Source: Vicugna vicugna
Taxonomy: Eukaryota
Reading direction: 5' to 3'
Length of the DNA stretch: 64,000 nucleotides
Assembly (NCBI GenBank): GCA_013265495.1
Contig: MU059916.1
Location: forward strand, 372,001 to 436,000
Shown here: in pieces, positions 1 to 13,239 of the stretch
Position numbering within the stretch: the first letter of the stretch is position 1
How the letters are laid out: every line of letters starts with the position of its first letter
Made by a program: the position numbers and the translations under genes
Notes under the pieces: model-generated
Told to the model about the DNA's origin: nothing
The model's input: the letters and a program-made list of their open reading frames with translations, nothing else
Database searches by the model: none

Positions 1-3000
1 CCAGGTGTAGAGCAGCTAGACATTAACTGAAAGAGGAGATACAAATAATTTGTCTCTGATGGAACAGATCAGCACAAAAGTTTATGGCCCTGGGACATGT
101 ATCCATTTTTGTTTTTTTTTTTAATCTAATCCAGGAATTTTATTGTCCCATAAATATCCCAGCTTCTAAAAATGTTCTTTGAATCAGTCATAACATTTCA
201 CGGGTTTTCTATTAATTAACAAGTTAAGCAGAATCCTTTACATGTGGTCACTTTATATTTGTGCAAGAGACAGAAATTTCTCTTTTTGAAAATGATACTT
301 TCATTCTCCCCAGAACAAACAGTATCAATGATAAGACAAACGTAATGATCCAAATAAGATTTTCTATATGAAGTGAGGTTTAAGATTGGATGAAAATTAA
401 GGGGAATAAAAGGCCCATTCCTTGAACAGGTGGGATATTAATATGGAAGCAAGAGACTTTGGTCTGATCTAAACTTTGCCACTAATAAAATTTCTATTTC
501 CATTAGTCATTTAATTATTCTAGAATATTCCTTTTTTTTTTTTAAAGGGAGATAGCTAATACATGTAGCTCTGCATTTCAACGAAATGAAGAGAATGAAA
601 TTGTTTTGGTCATAATAGAGCCATACGCATGACAGGATTAAACCTAGTAGAAGTGGGATTTAATGGGTGGTAAGTAAAATGCTAAACCATAAAGAGGCAA
701 CAGTATGTTTCAGAGCTAGTACTAATTTGTTGGGTGCTGTCTTGAAATGTCAAAAGATGCAAAAGGAAAACTCTAAAGAAGAATGCACAATAAAAACAAC
801 TTGTGACGGTGACCTTTAGTTTTTAAAGAATTTTATTCAATTTTCAAACACTAGAAAATATTTTCTAGAAAATAATTTGGCTTTTTAACAAAGGTTTGAT
901 ATTTCAGTGATAAGTATTAGAAAGAAACTTTTCTGCCTGACAGAAAACTAACTTTATCTCCTGTGCATTTTTGGCCAGATCTCATTATTTATGGTCATTA
1001 TGTGACAATATTTGATTACATACCACAAGAACATGAGCCTAGATTGCCTGGCGAACACGTAAGGCGGTTCACATCCAGAACCCTAGCCCCCAGGGAGCAC
1101 TGTGGATGTCAGGCTGACTCAGCTATGTGTGCTGTGTCTCAGCAGAGAATGTGCGTTTCTGTAAAACTTGAGGAGTTTGAAGAACATTAAGTGTATATTT
1201 TTAAAAACACTAAGGAAAATAAAATAATAAGGGCATAAGTAAATAAAATTTAGAAAGCAGATTCGTATACTCTTCGATTTACTAATACCTTCATTCGTTT
1301 TTATCAAGTCAAGTTCATTCTATCCTTGAGTGTCTGAACATGGCTCTCTGTTGTCTTTATACAAGAAAAAATCTCCTGGTTGAGTGTTGGATTCTTTACT
1401 TCTGAACTGAACATGCTGGCATTAACTATTTTAAGAGAAAAGTATTAAACAAGAGTTTTGACAACAGGTAGACTTTTCCTGTGGTGGCAGCACTGACCTA
1501 GGATGCAGCAGACTCAGAATCTAGGTGATTTTGCATAATTGCCTTGACTCAAAAAAGAAACGTTTGTCTCCTGTTGAATGAAACAATTGACCTAAATGAT
1601 TGCTATGGAACAATTCCAATCCTCAAAATTTATACTTTATGACCATGTTTTAAATAGCTCAAGAATGCACTGCACATAGTAGGTATTAATTAAATGTTTA
1701 GTGAGTAATGGCAGAAACTCTTCCTTGAGAAGACATGCACTTTGCCCTGCCCACTTGATTGCACAGTAGATCTTGATTCTTTGAAATTATGAAAGAACAT
1801 GAAACCGTAGCAGAAAAAATGCCTACTGATGGTTAAATACAGGTTGATCTGTTTCAACGTCTGAGGAATACTTCTGGAAAATTCTTATCAATAAGCAGGA
1901 AACTAGTTTTGGGTGAGATATAGATTAGACTAAAACAGATAAAACAAAATAAAACCAAAAAACACTTGTGTTTTCTTTCTCCCCAACTCACTACATCCTT
2001 ATCATCAGACACGCAAGATAAACCCTGATTCTGCCACTTTCCAGTAGGACTATTTAATGTCTCCGAGTCTCTGTCTCTTCCTCTGTGATGCAGAGATAAC
2101 AAAACTTGCTTGCTTCTAATTAATGTATATTTGAGTGAATGTAAAGAAGCAACTAGCAGATACCAGGAATGTAAGTGGTGTGAAGTTACATTTACAAATT
2201 CTGCAAAGCGGTGAGGCAGGCATTATCATCAGCATCCAACAGATAATCATGTGGAGACCAGGAATGGTTTTGAGATTTTCAAAAGAAATACTAAGATGCT
2301 AAATATAAAACCCAACATAATTGGGACACAGGCGTCCTCCCTCAGAGGCCTTTGATGCTTTATTTTCTCATGAAGTGTGGGAGGTTATTGTTGGGTATAC
2401 ACTTGATATACACTTGTATTTTTAACCTTTATTTGTTCAAATGTGTCAGGATGTCAGGAGATGGATTTTGACTATTGAATTGAACTGAAAGTTCAATACG
2501 TTCATTATTATAATTGCACTTTATTCTGAATAGTGCAAAACATACTTGTAAAAATAGAATAATTACCTATTTGTTTGAACTCATAAAGATCAGGGTCAAA
2601 GCAGACTGTTAAGTATTTTCAGTCAAATATTAACAATATATCAAAAACTGTGGTAAAAGGGAAAAATATTTAAAGCAACAAATAATGCACAATTTTTTGT
2701 GTATTGCTTCTATGTAGAAAACTAAAGTGGATGGCATAGATTTTTAGATGCCCAATAAAAAGTAAGCATAAATGAAAATATTTTAAAACCTATGGGTTTC
2801 AAAAACTAAAAAAGAACTAAGGTTGCACCTAAAAAATAAATAATACACATAGCAAAAGAAACAAAATGAAACATGTTCAAAAGTAGCCCAAGGCACTTTG
2901 TCTAGCAGTGAGAGATTTTATTTTTGAAAATATAAAAATATACTTTTTTTTTTTACGCTTTTAGTTCCGGGGTGTTTTATGTGCACTCTGTTACTAGTTA

Positions 3001-5044
3001 CACAGTCCTCCCAAACATGATCATCATCAAATCCCTTGATGAAAATCAAGTATATACTGAAAAATTTTACAAGTCTGCACCCCCACTATATTTCACTGGA
3101 GGTAGATTATTACTTTATGTCTCCTGTATGTCAACATATAGAACAGCAATAAGCTAGTTGAAGCGAAGAAACAAATCTGTCTGAAGATCACAAATAAAAC
3201 GTGCACAGTAGGAGGTCTCAGAGCTATTTAAAGAGCTTCATGAGCTTTGAAAATGATTCCCTGTGGATCATGGCATTCTGTCTCCCCAACACCCTGAAAT
3301 TATTTTTAAAATGTTGACAGTTCCAAAAATGTTTTAGCAGCAAACCATAGTTCAAATCTATGTTATTTTGCAGAGCAGCGACAGAAGGATTTTTCTTAAA
3401 AGTGCCCCAATGGTTGGGACTCCTTGTCAATTAAAGGCAGAAAAAGTGCTAGTACTTTATTGCAGAGTCGAGGGTTTCCTGATATTGCTGACATAAGGGG
3501 AGCCACTGCAGGTGATTATTTATACCACTTTGGAGAAGCCATATGCTAAAGCTATGTGAAATCTCTCACAGGGGCACGGCGTGGAGGGCGCGAAGAATTC
3601 CATGCTAAAAGCCAGCAGATGCAGGTTCAAATCTGCCCCATCTGTGTACTGCCCAAACACCCTCCAACAGGTAAACTCTTAGATTTCAAGGGGACTGTTT
3701 TGCTTACTTGAAGGGCGAAGCATCAGAGGAGCTCCGGAAGTACCTTTGCCGCTTTGCTCTGTGACTCTACCTTTTTGCTTCAATTTTCCTAGGCTGAAGG
3801 AGTAGAAATTTCCCAATTCAGAAAACATGGAACATTTGCTGTACACTTCCCCGTTTTGTCCTTGAGTTACTTTTAGTATCTGGGAGCAACTGAATCTGAC
3901 AATGTTTTATATGTGGAAGGGAGATACCTATGCCAATTTTTTGGTTCCCAGAGAATTCCTAAGGACCTAGATCCTGGAAGAGAAAAAATCACATAGAAAG
4001 CTATTTTGCAGCACAGTGGGAATTCTTATTTGCAATATGAGTTTATAATATGCCAGTCTGAAATCTGCAAACAGGGAAGAAGCTGAAATAAGACTTATGG
4101 ATGAATTCTACTAAAACAGCAAGTTGCCATGAGAAATCAATAGATATTTATTCCATGAGGCAAGTCTAATGGTCTCAGTTAGAGGGGAACCAACTCTTCA
4201 GTTTTATAAAGAACATGCAGTGTGAAAGTTCTGATTTATAAATGATCAATTTTGTAAATAAAAAACATTGTCCTTCCAGATATAACATTATTACACAAGT
4301 ATAAATCCCTGATAAGTGTTTCATTTAAACTATGTAACCATGAGACTTTTTTTAACATTTGAAGGTAACAAAGATAACGCTAAATTCCTTAAATAATGAG
4401 ACCACAGAATCACTGAGCCAGAAAAAAAAAATTGTAAACCAAAGCATTATGAAGCAGAAGTTGAGAAGTTTTAAAGCTTGTCCATGTTATGATATTCAAC
4501 TTATTTCAGAATTTCTTTCATACTCTCAGCTCTGCTGCTACTGAAGGAAATTACAGACTTTGGCCTAATTACAGCCTTCCTTAGCAAGATATTTTTCCTG
4601 CTATTGGGCTCAAATTTTATATGACCCACTATGATTGTCTCCTTGGGTCATCATTTAAGTGACTTGAAGAAGAAATAGTTGACATGTTCTGAAGACTATA
4701 ATGAAAATATTGTGCCTTCGTGTATTCCTTACACCTAAATGCACATATTTTCCCATTACCTAGGTAGTTCTTAAAGAAGGAAATCATGCAGAAAAAAATG
4801 ATGACTTTGAGAATCAGATTTTTTTTGTTATCAGCTGTTATATATGGAGCAAAGAATGAGAGAAAAATAATAGTGTTGCACGTTGACTCATATGCAGCTA
4901 TTACTTATCTTAGAGAAACATTAGAAAATCAAAGCCATGTATTTCCTGGGAAATATAGAACAACGGAATAATAATGGCATGCAAGTTTGTTAAAGCAAGC
5001 GAAATTAACTGAGGACTCAGAACAGCCTATTGGTTAATAACTGA

Positions 5045-5225
5045 ACTCTGATTTCAGACTGCTTTGGTTCAAATTCTAGCTCTGCTATTTATCGATTGAG
5101 GAAACTTTGACAAAATCATACAAATTGTAGGCCTCAGTTACCTTATGTGCACACGGGAGGCGATGATAATACTTACTACACCTCGTAAATGAGGTAATGT
5201 ATGTAACTGCCTTAGTGCAGTGTGA
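5045..5225 (+). mobile_element. MIR SINE
   Basis: cagactgctttggttcaaattctagctctgcta...ggcctcagttacc...aatgaggtaatgtatgtaa. Confidence 0.7.
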
Positions 5226-5489
5226 AAGCTCAGTGGATGTTAAAATGGCAGAGGACATCCCAAGCGCTTTACCTCAGGTCATCCTCAGAATACATCCAGG
5301 CAGATGTCACTGCCATTTCTCCCATATCATCAGTAGGTAAACTGGACCAGAAAGAGGTTAAGAACTTGCCCAAGGTCACTGAAACAGCACTTGGTAAGTT
5401 GAGATTCTCACTCGGAATTCTCTACGTTGTTTTAATCACAACACTGGACACAGAAGCTACAGACTCAAATGCCCGTATGGTTAAGGTTA

Positions 5490-6640
5490 AGTTCTCAATC
5501 CATTCATTTATTTAAACATATGTGTTTACACCTACTTTTCTAGGGTCTAGAGACATAGCAGGGGATGAAAAAGGCAAAAGGTCCTGCCCTCATGAGCTTT
5601 AGATTCTAATGTAGCAGTGAAGGCAGAAAGTACGTACATATATATACAGTATGTTACATGGTGACAAGTGCTCTAGAGAAAACCAAAGCAAAAGAGGTGG
5701 TAGGAAGCATTAAGCACATGCATTTTTAAATAAACAGTCAGGGAAGATCAATCTGCTACACTGACATTTGAGCAAAGAGCCCCAAGGAGGTGAGAGAATG
5801 AGAGCATCTCAAACAGGGGAAATGGCCAAAATGAAATGAAGGCACCGAGGAGGAATGCTCAATGACAAGAAGTCCAGCGTAAGTGGAGTTGAATGAACAA
5901 GGGGGTGGGTGGTGGGCGGTGAGACTGGATTGGGGGACCCAACTGTGTGGGACCCTGCAGGCTCTTTTGATGACTTGGGTTTTATTTTGCATGAGAAAGA
6001 AACCCACTGGAGTATTCTGAACAAAGGAGTGAGAGACTGCAACACATATTTGACAAGATCATGCTGGTTGTTGGACTGAGAATGGGTGAAAGAGAGAGGG
6101 CAGAAGCAGGAAGAGCAGGTTAGGAGGCTGCAATAATTCACAGGGGAAATAATGGCAGCTCAGCCCAAGGGAGGAGCTGTGTCGGGTGTGATGAGCAGCT
6201 GGGCTCTAACACTGAGAAGGTGGAGCTGCCAGGACTGACAGATATGTGAAAAAGAAAGGAGATTGCCTGAGCATCTGGGGAAGAGAAGGAGATTTTGGGT
6301 CAAGAGCTCAGTTTTAACATATTAAGTTTGATGTGACTATAGACATGCAACTGGATGTTCGAACTAGACACCTGAGCCTACATATCTGTAAATCAGGGAA
6401 GTTGGCTGAAAAGATGTATTTTGATTTTCACCGCATCAATGACAAATTAAGATGTCGTAAGACTACATGTGATCACCTCCAGTGTGAATAGAAATAGGAA
6501 AAGGATGAGACTCCAAAACTGAGCCTTGGAACACCCCAGAAGTAAGGAGTCAGGAGAGAGAAGAAGGAAAACCAGGAAGGGGTGGAGTGAAAGGTATGTT
6601 TTCCAGGAAGAAGGAGTTATGAATTCCACAATGGTATCAT
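5490..6640 (-). mobile_element. LINE-2 fragment
   Basis: Antisense L2 3' end (ccattcatttatttaaacat...ctgccctcatgagctttagattcta) and body motifs (gctcagttttaacatattaagtttga, gagccttggaacacccc). Confidence 0.75.
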
Positions 6641-7227
6641 ACATCATTTCTTTCTTCTCTTACCTTTTAAAGTTAGGAGGCTCAATTATAAGCATTCTTT
6701 GGGAACTGAGATTATTACATGGGAAATTTTGAATATTTGTAAGACAACACTCCTTGGTGTACAAACTGGATGGGGAAGGAAGGTTCTAGATTTATAAAAA
6801 TGTGTTGCATTTGCAGAGCCATGAAACCTGACCGTCTGAACAACTAAAATATTGGTCTTTTTAGATCCATTTAGTTTTTCCTGTCTCTTTATGGAAGGCA
6901 GATTTCTATAATATTTCTGTGAGGTCAGCTGTAGGGTTCACTATGCCCTCAGTCAGAGAGCTCTGGAAATTACAGTTTTCTGAGCACCTGGGATGTGGAG
7001 TTGACAGGCTGACAACTATTGAGAAGTGACAAGAAGCCCTGTGATATTAAATGTTTTTCACACGCACTCCCTAAGGGCTGAACATATGTTTCTTCATCGA
7101 CGAAAATGTATTTGTTTTAACCTCAGATGTAGCTATTTCTAAAATGTTCATCAGTAAGGAATGAAAAGAATTTCAACATTTTGCTCAAAACATGGGATAT
7201 AAACCAGGAAAAGAAAAATGAGAGACT

Positions 7228-7790
7228 TTTATTTTTATTATTTTTTTGCTATTTTACTGTGAAAATGTTCAAGTATACAGAAAAATGGAAAGAATTTTAC
7301 AGTGGAAACTTTGAAGTCCACCATCTGGATTTTGCCAACAAAATTTTACTGTAAATACCTTATCACATATCTATACATTCTTCTATCCATGCATCAATCC
7401 ATATATTTTTGGGGATGCACTTCAAGGTAAGTTACCAATGTTAGTTTCCTCCTAAATACTTCAGGACATGTATCACTAAGCAGTTGAGTATTTGTTTACA
7501 GTTCTTCTTTTGATACACATACAGCGAATTTTATAAATCTCAAATGTGCATTGACTGGAGTTTGCAGTGCAACCCCAACTAAGATAGAGAACGTAACCAG
7601 CATCTCAGAAAGTTCCTGTGCTCTCGTCCATTCATTCCCCACCCCCACCTCAAAAGCAACTGTTCTTCTGATATTCCCCACCTAGGTTGGTTTAGCTTGT
7701 TTTAGAACTTCGTACAAGTGGAATCACGCACTCTTTTCTCGTTTGTGTTAAGGCTTCTTTCCTTCAACGTGTTGTTGCAAAACATGTTCT
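7228..7790 (-). mobile_element. Old L1 (L1MC/ME-like) 3' fragment
   Basis: T-rich start, then gaaaatgttcaagtatacagaaaa, ccagcatctcagaaagttcc, and ttgttttagaacttcgtacaagtggaatca. Confidence 0.65.
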
Positions 7791-8560
7791 TTGAAGCCAG
7801 AGGATCTTTCAAAAGGAATTCAAAAGATTAATATATTTACTTCTGTAGAAGAATCAAATGAATGACTAAACAAGAGTGCATGGAAATGGAATGGTATGGA
7901 GTGTCTGTGTTTTCAGAGTGTCTGCATTTTCAGAGTAACAGTTGTCTGTATGTTTCTGTGGGAAAATTCATCTCAGAACACAGATATGCATTCTATTTAA
8001 GAAGAGCAGGTGAATAAGGTTGATATTTACAGACTACCTGACGCACACTAGACAGTTAATGTACGTTATTTCACACAAGCTGCATACTCCAAGAGGTATT
8101 ACCTCTTTTTCACAAATGAGCCATGTGCTCCCTCCTACACTTTGCTGTTTACCACGGCTTCCTTCCACCCTGTGGGGTGGGGGGTGGGGCAATCAGGGCT
8201 CTCCAAGGGTAAGCTTCCATTCCTAGCTAGCCTTTCTTTTGCCTTCTTCTCCCTCTTGCTTTTCCAGTTACTTCATTTTCTTGAATCTTGTTGGAGACTA
8301 GGTGACAATTAGCCAATCTGTTAAATTGTCATGACTTAATGGCCTATGAATGGTAGTGTTCTAATGTGTGCTTTCTGTGATAGATAATATATTTACTCTA
8401 CAGCAAGTCCTCTGGAGGCAGAGTATCTTTATCTGAAGGAGAAACTCAATGGTGAGAATTTCAGGTACTCCTTTAGATGGGCTGCAAATACATTTCAAAA
8501 GGTAGGTAACTGCACATTTCATAGATATATGAAATATATATATATATACATATATACATA

Positions 8561-8812
8561 TGGGGAAGAGAAGGAGATTTTGGGTCAAGAGCTCAGTTTT
8601 AACATATTAAGTTTGATGTGACTATAGACATGCAACTGGATGTTCGAACTAGACACCTGAGCCTACATATCTGTAAATCAGGGGTCTTGGCTGAAAAGAT
8701 GTATTTTGATTTTCACCGCATCAATGACATTTAAGATGTCGTAAGACTACATGTGATCACCTCCAGTGTGAATAGAAATAGGAAAAGGATATTAAATGTT
8801 TTTCACACGCAC
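8561..8812 (+). repeat. Composite local duplication (copy of 6276-6506 fused to a copy of 7043-7067)
   Basis: Direct alignment: 8561-8790 matches 6276-6506 with about 4 substitutions and 1 indel. 8788-8812 is identical to 7043-7067. Confidence 0.95.
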
Positions 8813-8818
8813 CTTTAT

Positions 8819-8865
8819 AAGGTATATATATACCTTTTATAAGGTATATATATACCTTATAAAAG
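8819..8865. repeat. Tandem palindromes
   Basis: AAGGTATATATATACCTT (perfect 18-bp palindrome) at 8819-8836 and 8841-8858. The second extends to a perfect 32-bp palindrome at 8834-8865. Confidence 0.95.
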
Positions 8866-9029
8866 TTTCTAGATTGCTATTCATAGTTTCCAGACATATT
8901 ATTTTCCCATATCCATCACCAGGGATTCAGATATTGCAGACCTGGTCCAAGGCTGTACCTGGGAGTTCCAGAACCTTCAGACTCACTCAGGTTGCCTAAT
9001 TAAGGCATAATTAATATCCACATGTACAA

Positions 9030-9460
9030 TATATCTGGTATTCTAGTCTCTTTATTCCTTGACCTCCCTCAACTGTGGTCATATCCTTTCTCATTCATCA
9101 CAATAAATTCACGACTTCTAGAATTTGATTTTAAGAATCTCACTTGTTGACAACCACCTTCTATCCATTTAGCTCTAATTTCCACATTCCAAAAAACCTT
9201 CAGTATGGCTCCTAAAACTCTGTTTTCTAATCATTTGTGACACCTGTGGCCCACACAGTTTCCCTCATTCACTTCAGGGTCCAGGATCCATACTTCCAAT
9301 TACTCCTTTACCTTCTCTCCTGTATTCTCTGGAGTAAGCTCAATCCTTGTATAAATAAATGCAGCTATTCCTTCCTACCACTTTATCTCTAGTACCCAGA
9401 AGATGTCCTGCCAACATTTAAAGGCTCTGTAAATATTTGATGATTGAAGAATTATGGATG
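9030..9460 (+). mobile_element. LINE-2 fragment
   Basis: Diverged pyrimidine-rich L2-like body ending aaatatttgatgattgaagaa. Confidence 0.5.
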
Positions 9461-9989
9461 GTTGATGGGTGCAATTATGCAGTTATGTAAGCTTTATCCT
9501 GAGTCTTTCATTTCCTCCAGGATGTTCAGGATTACTTGGGATGACACGAGAGAGAGCAGATAACACTAGTGAGTCCCCTCTTGGTCTGATGTTTTCTGTG
9601 CACCTTCCAACTGCAGCTCCACTGTGCCGGGGTTTCTGCCAATGGCCAGAAGTAAAATGTACTGGAAGCTTTGAGAGCCCCCCATCCTCCTTGGCAGTTG
9701 CTCAGCAGCCCAGGGGGATCCTCTCAGCAGTTCATCTCACTTCTACTGGCAGCAGCTTCCTGGAATATCTTGAGCTGGTAGTGTTGACAGTTCCAGGAAA
9801 TTCCTACTAAAAACATATGGTGTTTCTGGTGTCCATCCAGGATTACTCCCCTCCTCACAAAGCTTGTGGCTACATTAAATCAGCACAATCCAGTGTTCCT
9901 TGAGGGTAACCCTGATTTTTTTTTTAAAGGTAAGTCATTTTTTTAAATATCTTGCCTTTCAAGAAAATCCTTTAAGTTTCCCAATGTGC

Positions 9990-10192
9990 TTTGGTCACAG
10001 ATGGCCATCTCCTTGCTGTAAGTTCATGTGGTGGAAGGAGCAAGGGAGCTCGCCAAGCTTTCATTTAAAAGAGCGCTAATCCCTCTCATGACCTAATTGC
10101 CTCCAAGGCCCCCACCTCCTAATATCATCACATTGGGCATTAGGATTTCACAATATGAATTTTGAGGGGGAAACAAACATTTAGTCTATAGC
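9990..10192 (+). mobile_element. MaLR MLT1 LTR, 3' part
   Basis: ctcatgacctaattgcctccaaggcccccacctcctaatatcatcacattggg...aatatgaattttgagggg...acatttagtctatagc. Confidence 0.8.
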
Positions 10193-10964
10193 CCCCACTT
10201 TTTATTCATTAGACATATTAATAATTGCATAAATGATTCCAACACTGTGGATGAAAAAATTAAAGTGCAGTCGTAGAACAGGATCAATGCTTGAAGGTAC
10301 ACATGGTGTTTAGGGAGAATGAGAGACAACTCTTAACTGATGTGAGAAAGAATGTGAATCCTCCACTACGTCTCCTTTCTACTAATCTAAGGGCTCACTG
10401 AACATTTCAACAGAATCCAAAACTGAGACTCTTGAGTATGGTTGTGCTTTGTTCAACAGAGTTTCTGGAGTGGAACAGATTTTAGATTGCATCAAAGAAG
10501 GAAAGGTTGCAAACAATTTGGAGACGGTGAGCTTGATGCAAGCTTTGGAAAGCGCCTGCTCTTCCTTTGTTCTGGAGCGTTAATGCATGGTTGAAAGAGC
10601 AATGGTCACACCCAGTGGGGAGTCAGCCGGGGGCCAGACAAGACCCAAACCCCTGCGGGCTCCAAGATCTTTTCATTTGCTTCACTTACCACTTCCCACT
10701 AAATAGTGGATAGTCCATCATCAGGGCAGTCACACCCCAGGTAGCGATTGTTTTGTGTAATCAGGTTTGGTTTTGTGGTACATGTTTTACAGTGTGTAAT
10801 AAAGATGTAAGTAATATATACACACACATTCTGTGAATATAGAATTCAATATAGAATATGTGTGTATACACGTATATACGTATATGTGCATATACATGCA
10901 TTATGGAGAGTAGCGAAATAATTACTCGTGTATACTGTTTGTTCAAAGAGCTTTCTATGTACAT

Positions 10965-11130
10965 TACTTCGCTTATTTAACCCTTGTAAAACCCTTTTGA
11001 GGTAGGGCTTATAATTATGTCCATTTTCAGAGGTGAAGACCAAGGCTTAGGGGGACCAATGGTCTTTCTAAAGGTGGCACAATCCAGCAGTGGTTGAGCC
11101 AGGATTCAAACTCTCTTATTCTGAGTTTAA
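10965..11130 (-). mobile_element. MIR SINE
   Basis: ccattttcagaggtgaagaccaaggcttag...gagccaggattcaaactc. Confidence 0.7.
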
Positions 11131-12597
11131 GGTTTGTGTTCGTCCGTTGGTAGTCTGCATCTGATCTTCTATTATGTGACGTTGCCTCAAGGTCAGTCAC
11201 AAAGAAACTGCACAGGGGTAAGGTTTCCTGCTACTCTTTCTATTTTTGAAAATGTCCTTTTTTACCTGAAATCCCTTGGGTATCAGGTGCCTTCCGTCTA
11301 CCTTCATTCCTTTCTCACTTTTAACAAGAAAAGATGTTGCTCTATCTATAATGGAAGAAGAGGGTGCAAATTTGAGGCTGAATAGTTTCTCTTCATAGTA
11401 TTGTTTTCATTTGAACTAGAGACAACATCTTAGCCAAGAGGAGTGTGTGTGTGTGAGTGTTTAGAGGTGATGCAGGGACCCATGGACACTTCCATATACA
11501 CTTTTATCTATTCCCTTTGTTCTTAGGACCAGCTCTGAGGTGCTATGTTGGTTTCACCGTTGAAAGACAAGTATAGGTAGAGGTTCTAAGTCTGACAGAA
11601 GTAAGGACAGTTACTTACAAATAATGTAGTCTGTTTTACATAAGAGAGCACAGAAACCAGTAACAATACGGTAAAATTCCCCACTTCACACACATTTTGA
11701 AAGTGTCAGTGTTTGCAGGCCACAATTTAAGGGCATGTGTGATTAACACAGAATTATTATCTTTGCTTTTCTTAGTGAAGGGAGTTACATAAACTTGTGT
11801 TAGTGTCAGTTTTCTGCAACTTAACAAGTAAATTGAAAGATTAAGTAAACTAATTTAGATTCTTCTCTTAACCCTTATGCATATTCACATATGTTAGTGT
11901 TTACTGATTAATAAATTAGACACGTTAGTTTAAATCAAGCAAATTGCTCCCATATTTAATTTTAAATCCTTAACTACCTCGCTATTTTAAGGCAGTGATG
12001 CATAGAATAAAACACAGAATAAATAAAATGAGGACTAGAACAGTCAAAGAAAAAAGGAGATGATGAAAGAATAGAGAAGATTCCTTGAAATACATATTTT
12101 CTTTTTCAAGAAGGCATATATGTATATACACATATACACACACACACATATATATATATATATGTTTAATGTTAGATCTGATTTCCCTAAACAACTAATT
12201 TTTAACAAATTATTTAATTGCATTACATTTGTGTTTCAGTTACCAACTAAAATATCTCAGTAGGTCGATTTAACTCAATCTCAGTTTAATATTACTTGGC
12301 TGACCTCTCAATGAAAGACGACACACATAAAATAACTTCAGGGACACATTCTGAGTTTTGTGAGTCCTTGGCGCTTTCATCTTTGTGAGTGCCTTCCTCT
12401 GGAACAGAATACTGAAAATTATACTTTGTGACTATTATTATAAAGACAAATGTGTTAAAATTATATATGAAGATATTTTCATGACTAAAGGTTCACTCTA
12501 TCTCTTCTGGAAAAATGTGGGCCTCTTAATACAAGATGATACAAATACATAACACTAGGATGCTGCATGAATTTCCTGGGTCCCTTCTGTAATAACA

Positions 12598-12733
12598 CTA
12601 ATAATAATAATTATTATATTATATATATAATAATTATATTATATATAATAATTAAATATTATATTATTCTAATATATTATACAATAATAATTATATTATA
12701 TTATGATATATTATATAATAATAATTATTATTT
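12598..12733. repeat. AT-rich low-complexity array
   Basis: About 135 bp composed almost entirely of A/T in (TAA/TAT/TA)n units. Confidence 0.9.
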
Positions 12734-13239
12734 ACTACATTGTTATAAAGTCAATTATGTTAAAATAGACATTAAAATATTTTCATACATCTAAAGGTTC
12801 TTTTGTTTTCTTTTAATTTTTAAGAGAATTGAGACAGTTTTTGGATCCCTAAAGGTATTGTGGGTGCTTGGCTCTTGGTTCTGAGCTTAATGGGTAAAGC
12901 TGGCCCTGAACACCCCAAGGATTATAGCTTCAGCCAATATGATTTTTTCTGGGTCTCCAACATGCAATGTTTTTTCACTAACCGTGTGTGTGCATGTGTG
13001 TGTGTGTGTGTGCCTTTAAAGCCCTGTAGTCACCTCAGTCGGTGGCAAATTCCTACTTAAGCCACGGAGACCCACTCAAATTTTACCTCTTCTGTAAAGT
13101 TTTTTCCTGAGGCCCCAGGTAGAATCAGTCACACCGAGAAGTTTCCTTGGTACTTTGCATATAACTTTACAGACTGGAAGAGAATCCTAGAAACCTTACC
13201 GCTGTAAATACCTTGCACTATCACTTAACTACATTTGTT

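Noticed and set aside
8174-8189. G-quadruplex-like GGGGTGGGGGGTGGGG
   Set aside because: A short isolated G tract, common in mammalian DNA, with no functional context.
12567-12794. 75-aa I/Y/N-rich ORF
   Set aside because: Translation of an AT-only low-complexity repeat.
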